A DNA stretch of 64,000 bases, from NCBI RefSeq assembly GCF_009914755.1, contig NC_060936.1. One strand, 5' to 3'. Positions 58,462-64,000 of the stretch are shown one piece after another. Source of the DNA: the human T2T-CHM13v2.0 reference genome, Homo sapiens. Every line of letters starts with the position of its first letter. The first letter of the stretch is position 1. Both the position numbers and the translations under genes were made by a program. Below the pieces are notes generated by a model. It was not told the DNA's origin and made no database searches. It saw only the letters and a program-made list of their open reading frames with translations.

Positions 58462-59970
58462 TAGTAGAGATGGGGTTTCACCGTGTTATTCAGGACGGTC
58501 TCGATCTCCTGACCTTGTGATCCACCCGCCTCGGCCTCCCAAAGTGCTGGGATTACAGGCGTGAGCCACCACGCCCGGCCAATATACACACTATTTTGAC
58601 TTGACTTGTCTGAGACTGCTTTTCTTTCTTCCTTTTTTTTTTTCTTTTTGGGAGACAGGGTTTCCCTCTGTTGCCCAGGCTGGAGTGCTATAGCTCACTG
58701 CAGCCTCCACCAACCTCGACCTCCTGGGCTCAAGCGATACTCCTGTCTCAGCCTCCTGAGTACCTGAGACTACAGGTGTGTGCCACCATGCATGGCTAAT
58801 TTTTTTTTTTTAAAGAGGTGGGGTCTCCCTATGTTGCCCAGGCTGGTCTTGAACTCCTGAGCTCAATGGATCCTTCTGCCTCGGCCTCCCAAAGAGCTGG
58901 GATTACAGGCGTGAGCCACCGTACCTGGCCTGAGACTGCTTTTCTTAGTGGATACATTTTCTAGTAGCTGCCAGTTTATTAAGCAGGAATCTTAAGTGTA
59001 CGGAAATGGCCTTGGCACAGTCGAGCCACACTTAAAAGAAGCTGTTACCCATATTTGGTCTGTACCACCCTGAGTATCAACAAAGCAAACTTACGTTTAG
59101 GGACATAAGCACATTTTATTACCTAACAGCCAAGCGAAGAATAAAGCAAATGTAAGCACCACAGTTCAAATTTGATTAAAGTTCAGTGTTTTCTCCAACT
59201 GAAACAGGTCCTGATGAGAGCCCATGATTCTGACTAAAACTGTGAGAGCAACTTTAGCAACAGATTCTGCTTGCTATAGCTCTGCCAAGACAAGTCCCAG
59301 CAACAGAGGCAATTGGTTACTTGCAGGAAATCTGGGTCAAATCTGCACTTAGAATTGGAAAAAGAATGGCTTTGTAGCAATGTCTATGGGTAGAATTTGG
59401 GGTATCTGCAAACTTGGAGGGCAAAAAGAGGCACACAAACAAACCCACCCTATTTTCACTAACCTCTACGTGTAAAATAGGATTTTCTTCCATCATAAAT
59501 GTAGGTGCAAACCACAACAGTATCAGTGATATCTGTGACTTTATCACCACAGATATTTTTATAGCATATTACAGTTGTGGCAGACATCTTATCCCTCTTA
59601 GCACTCCTCTCACCCCTACTTCAAAATCGTGGTACTTATTACATCTGCCACCTGATCTTATTTAATGCAGTACTAAAGAAGTGCATGCATTAATTACTAT
59701 GTCATGATTAAAAAATATTTTATTACTGTGATTGTGGTATAGCAAAAAAAAATTTTTTTTTAATAACTGTACTTCAGCCCAGTTGGTTTTCCCTTTAATC
59801 TTATGTAGTTTATTCAGCACTTAAAAAAAATTATTCTGAGAAGGGCTCATAGGCTATATCAGACTGCCAGAAGAATCTAGGCACAAAAAAATTTAAGAAC
59901 TCCTGTTCTACAGAGAAACTAAGATTACATTTAAAAGCTCTAAGCTAATAAAACAGGTGGATGAAATGTG

Positions 59971-60006
59971 CTACCCTTGATCTTAGCCAAAAGGCCGAGA
60001 AGCGAT
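59971..60006 (-). pseudogene. U2 snRNA 5' fragment (nt 1 to ~36), tailless retropseudogene with 13-bp TSD
   Basis: Minus strand ATCGCTTCTCGGCCTTTTGGCTAAGATCAAG = U2 nt 1-31; flanked by GATGAAATGTGCT at 59960-59972 and 60007-60019. Confidence 0.95.
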
Positions 60007-60454
60007 GATGAAATGTGCTTGCCTCATATACCCTAAACACTTTCCATAGCATTAAAATATTTCATGGACGGCTAGGTGTAGTGGCTCATGCCTATAATTC
60101 CAGCACTTTAGGAGGCTGAGGTGGAAGGATCCCCTGAACCCAGGAATTCAAGATGAGCCTGGGCAACATAGTGAGATCCCATCTCTACAAAAAAAATAGA
60201 AAAAATTAGCCAGGTATGGTGGTGCATGCCTGTAGCCACAGCTACTTGGTACGCTGAAGTGGGAGGATCTCTTGAGTCTGGAAGGTTGAAGCTGCAGTAA
60301 GCCATGATCCTGCCACCACACTCTAACCTGGGAAACAGAGCAAGACCATGTCTCAATAAATAAATAAATATTTATATTTTGTGGATACCTGGATACAATT
60401 TATTCAATACTATCTCTCAAAATACCTTTTTCACAACTACAATTAAAAATGAAT

Positions 60455-61742
<1,288 letters not shown>

Positions 61743-62043
61743 TTAACATGGTTGGAACTGCCTTATATCAGACACCTTTGGGCTCGTCAGAAACTAGATA
61801 ACTAGATTCCTTGTCTGGAGTGCAGGACAGCCCTACATTTTTTTTTTTTTAAATCAAGTTCTGCCTTAGAGAAAGTGTTAAAATAACTTTGATACATACA
61901 ATTAACCCTAGGTTTTAAAATAAATACTTGCTAAACAGAAGTTTTCCGTAAGGGTTTTTAAAAAAGAGTCATCTATTAGCGGCTGGGCGTGGTGGCTCAC
62001 GCCTGTAATCCCAGCAGTTAGGGAGGCCGAGGCAGGTGGATCA

Positions 62044-62277
<234 letters not shown>

Positions 62278-63249
62278 CTATTAATTTAATTGTGATCTTT
62301 TTTATATGCGCTTGTTAGCCTGTACATAGCTCAAATTTATAGCTTCAGAACACTATAACAGATGTTTTAAATATCTCATTTTCTACCAACATGAGAAATC
62401 CTAGATTTCTAAAACCTAGAGGCAGTTAATATCATCCTAAAGGCAAAGACAACGAGAAAAAGTAATATAATATGTTGTTAAAGTAGCCTTTTATATAACA
62501 TAAATATTTTGAACAAGATCAAAGAAACCACCTGATCCACATTTAATCAAAGGACTATTTTTTTCTAACTACATAAGTGGAAAAGACTTATCAGAGGAAT
62601 TTTAAAATTCCTGTATCTTATATTTTCTCTATCAGGATCCTTACTGATTTAACTTGTTTCAACACTAATGTAATAACCTTCCACAAATGAAAGGCTTTTT
62701 TCTGAAAAACAAATTATACAACATATAGCACAGGTAGATGGAAAAAAACTAAAAGGATATGTGATAGCCATCTCTGGATGGTAGAAGATGAAAAAAGACT
62801 TAGTTTTTTCATAATCCTTAAATATTTTTGTATGCACAAAAGATCCCTTCAAAGACAAAAAGTGGCCCTTACAAAAATAACACATCACCAGAATATACTT
62901 TCTCAAACTGAGTGAGTATCTTTTGTGACTGCTACTTGCACTGAAGTCTGCCTCTGACTTTATTTTTTTGAGATGGGGGTCCTGCTGTGTCGCCCAGGGT
63001 GAAGTACAACAGGCACGATCATGGCTGATTGCAGCCTTGAACTCTTGGGCTCAAGTGATCATCCTGCCTCAGCTTCCTCAGTAGCTGGGATGACCGGTGT
63101 GTGCCACCACACCCAGCTAATTTTTAAATTTTTCTTTTGTAGAGACAGGGTCTCACTATGTTGACTAGGCAGGTTTCAAACTCCTGGGCTCAAGCGATCC
63201 TCCCAACTCAGTGCTGGGATTACAGGCACGAGCCACCATGCCCAGCCCT

Positions 63250-63905
63250 GCCTCTGACTTCAAGGGGTTTACAATCTAGTGGAGAAGATAAGGCACAGAT
63301 CCATGGTATAATTAAACAACTAAAAGATTTAGTCACAAGACAAAGGGCAAGATCAATACAATTTTTAGGAATTGAGAAGGAGAAGGCTCAGTGGGGGCCT
63401 AAGTGATTGGGCATGACTTCAAAGAGGAAGACTGTAAGCCCCATCAGGGCAAGGGCCACCACTGGGTTGTCTGCCAGTGTATATGGGTGTCCAGCTCAGG
63501 GCCAACTTATATAAATATTTGTTGGTGGAGTAATTAATGGAGGAGAGAATCTGGTTTTGAAGGACAGCTTTCAGGAGACAGCAAGAAACCTACTATAGCT
63601 AGACTAAAGGAAAAGAAGGTTCAGGTAATTCTGGGTTATAAACTGGTCTTTATACTATGAATAAGTGGGTTTTCAACTTTTCTAATAAACAGAATGAAAG
63701 TGTGTCCTTGGAAGAGAAATTAGGCAGTAACTGTGCTAGGCTACATGGAGGGGTGATAAGAGGTAGCATGACCACCAGCAAGATATTGCTATAAAATGGC
63801 GTGAGTTTAGAAGGGCCTGGCCTGGAGCCTAACAGAGAAATAGAAGGAGCAGAAACTAGAGGTGGAGGAAAATTTGCTGGCAGATCCTACAGGGAGGAAA
63901 GAGAA
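63250..63905 (-). mobile_element. L2 remnant(s)
   Basis: Purine-rich L2-type sequence ('tacaatctagtggagaagata', 'agggcctggcctggag'). Confidence 0.55.
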
Positions 63906-64000
63906 AAGGGAAGGATTTCAGTCCTTTCCATAATTTTGTGACTGGATGACTGAAAGAATGCTTTTAAACATTTATTAATCCATCCGTCCATGCATCTATG

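Overview
Primate genomic DNA, recognised as human chr12q22 from the protein sequences. It is very Alu-rich, and most entries in the supplied ORF track are Alu-derived artefacts. Two genes lie head-to-tail on the minus strand. (1) The 3' part of FGD6 (Rho/Cdc42 GEF): 13 exons from 48415 down to a ~4.8 kb last exon ending near 11450, encoding the end of DH, PH1, FYVE and PH2. All splice phases are consistent and the stop codon is at 16222-16224. (2) About 3 kb further on, the CpG-island promoter, non-coding exon 1 and first coding exon of NR2C1 (TR2 orphan nuclear receptor). FGD6 introns host an antisense PRDX6 processed pseudogene, an antisense RPL14 retrocopy with an open reading frame, and a TSD-flanked 5' fragment of U2 snRNA. 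The most unusual structure is a ~730 bp TSD-flanked cassette in NR2C1 intron 1 (full Alu plus ~410 bp of non-Alu DNA) whose apparent source sits 59.5 kb away in an FGD6 intron at the end of the window, suggesting a local Alu-headed transduction or retrocopy. There is also a headless, tailless Alu segment copied from its neighbour, and a composite DR1/IR0 nuclear-receptor element in NR2C1 exon 1. I found no evidence for a wholly new multi-gene system. Exon numbers and repeat subfamily names are from recall, and repeat boundaries are approximate.
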